Below, one piece after another: positions 63,999 through 64,000 of a stretch of DNA of 64,000 nt (its first letter is position 1; each line of letters starts with the position of its first letter). The stretch is from an uncultured virus (IMG/VR IMGVR_UViG_3300028591_000185). Taxonomy: Duplodnaviria > Heunggongvirae > Uroviricota > Caudoviricetes. The notes below the pieces were generated by a model. It worked only from the letters and a program-made list of their open reading frames with translations, was not told where the DNA came from and made no database searches. The stretch is taken from IMG/VR virus record IMGVR_UViG_3300028591_000185. One strand, given 5' to 3'. Position numbers and translations under genes: made by a program.

Positions 63999-64000
63999 CT

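Noticed and set aside
1..64000. Interpreting the fragmented ORFs as pseudogenes of a decaying prophage
   Set aside because: The breaks I traced are all in-frame TAG, with no frameshifts or internal TAA/TGA, and catalytic motifs are intact
1..64000. TAG as pyrrolysine or another amino acid
   Set aside because: TAG sits at positions where Gln is expected in several families, and no pyl genes are seen
1..64000. Suppressor tRNA-CUA or other tRNA genes
   Set aside because: No cloverleaf or T-loop GTTCRA signature noticed in intergenic regions by eye; tRNAscan-SE would be needed to exclude one

Overview
A 64 kb AT-rich segment of a large tailed phage, probably infecting an anaerobic Firmicute (sigmaA-type promoters, GGAGG ribosome-binding sites, nrdDG). 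It uses a reassigned genetic code in which TAG encodes Gln (code 15). The supplied ORF track is fragmented for this reason: reading TAG as Gln joins the fragments into full-length genes ending in TAA/TGA. Layout: a Gly/Cys-rich hypothetical cluster (1-2.4 kb); a four-gene radical SAM/SPASM + CXXX-repeat Cys-rich substrate cluster visible only after recoding (2.4-5.3 kb); holin-like, RuvC-like and dUTPase genes; a minus-strand tail/receptor-binding block (8.5-18.7 kb); a largely TAG-free early block (DUF2828/TROVE-like, vWA, PurA-like, phosphatases, PNK-like; 18.9-26 kb); PIN-PhoH, endolysin and holin; a replication block (RNase H, gyrB/gyrA, NAD ligase, GIY-YIG, SSB, Sak4-like ATPase, DnaB, primase, RecJ, RecD-like, DnaE); a nucleotide-supply block (gmk, nrdDG, deoxyribosyltransferase, nucleobase permease); and minus-strand baseplate/structural genes. 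Two promoter classes are visible: canonical sigmaA promoters and a fixed-spacing GGRC-N8-TWAA-N18 motif upstream of late/recoded blocks. No tRNA, CRISPR array, integrase or reverse transcriptase was seen. All product calls come from manual motif recognition, not database searches.
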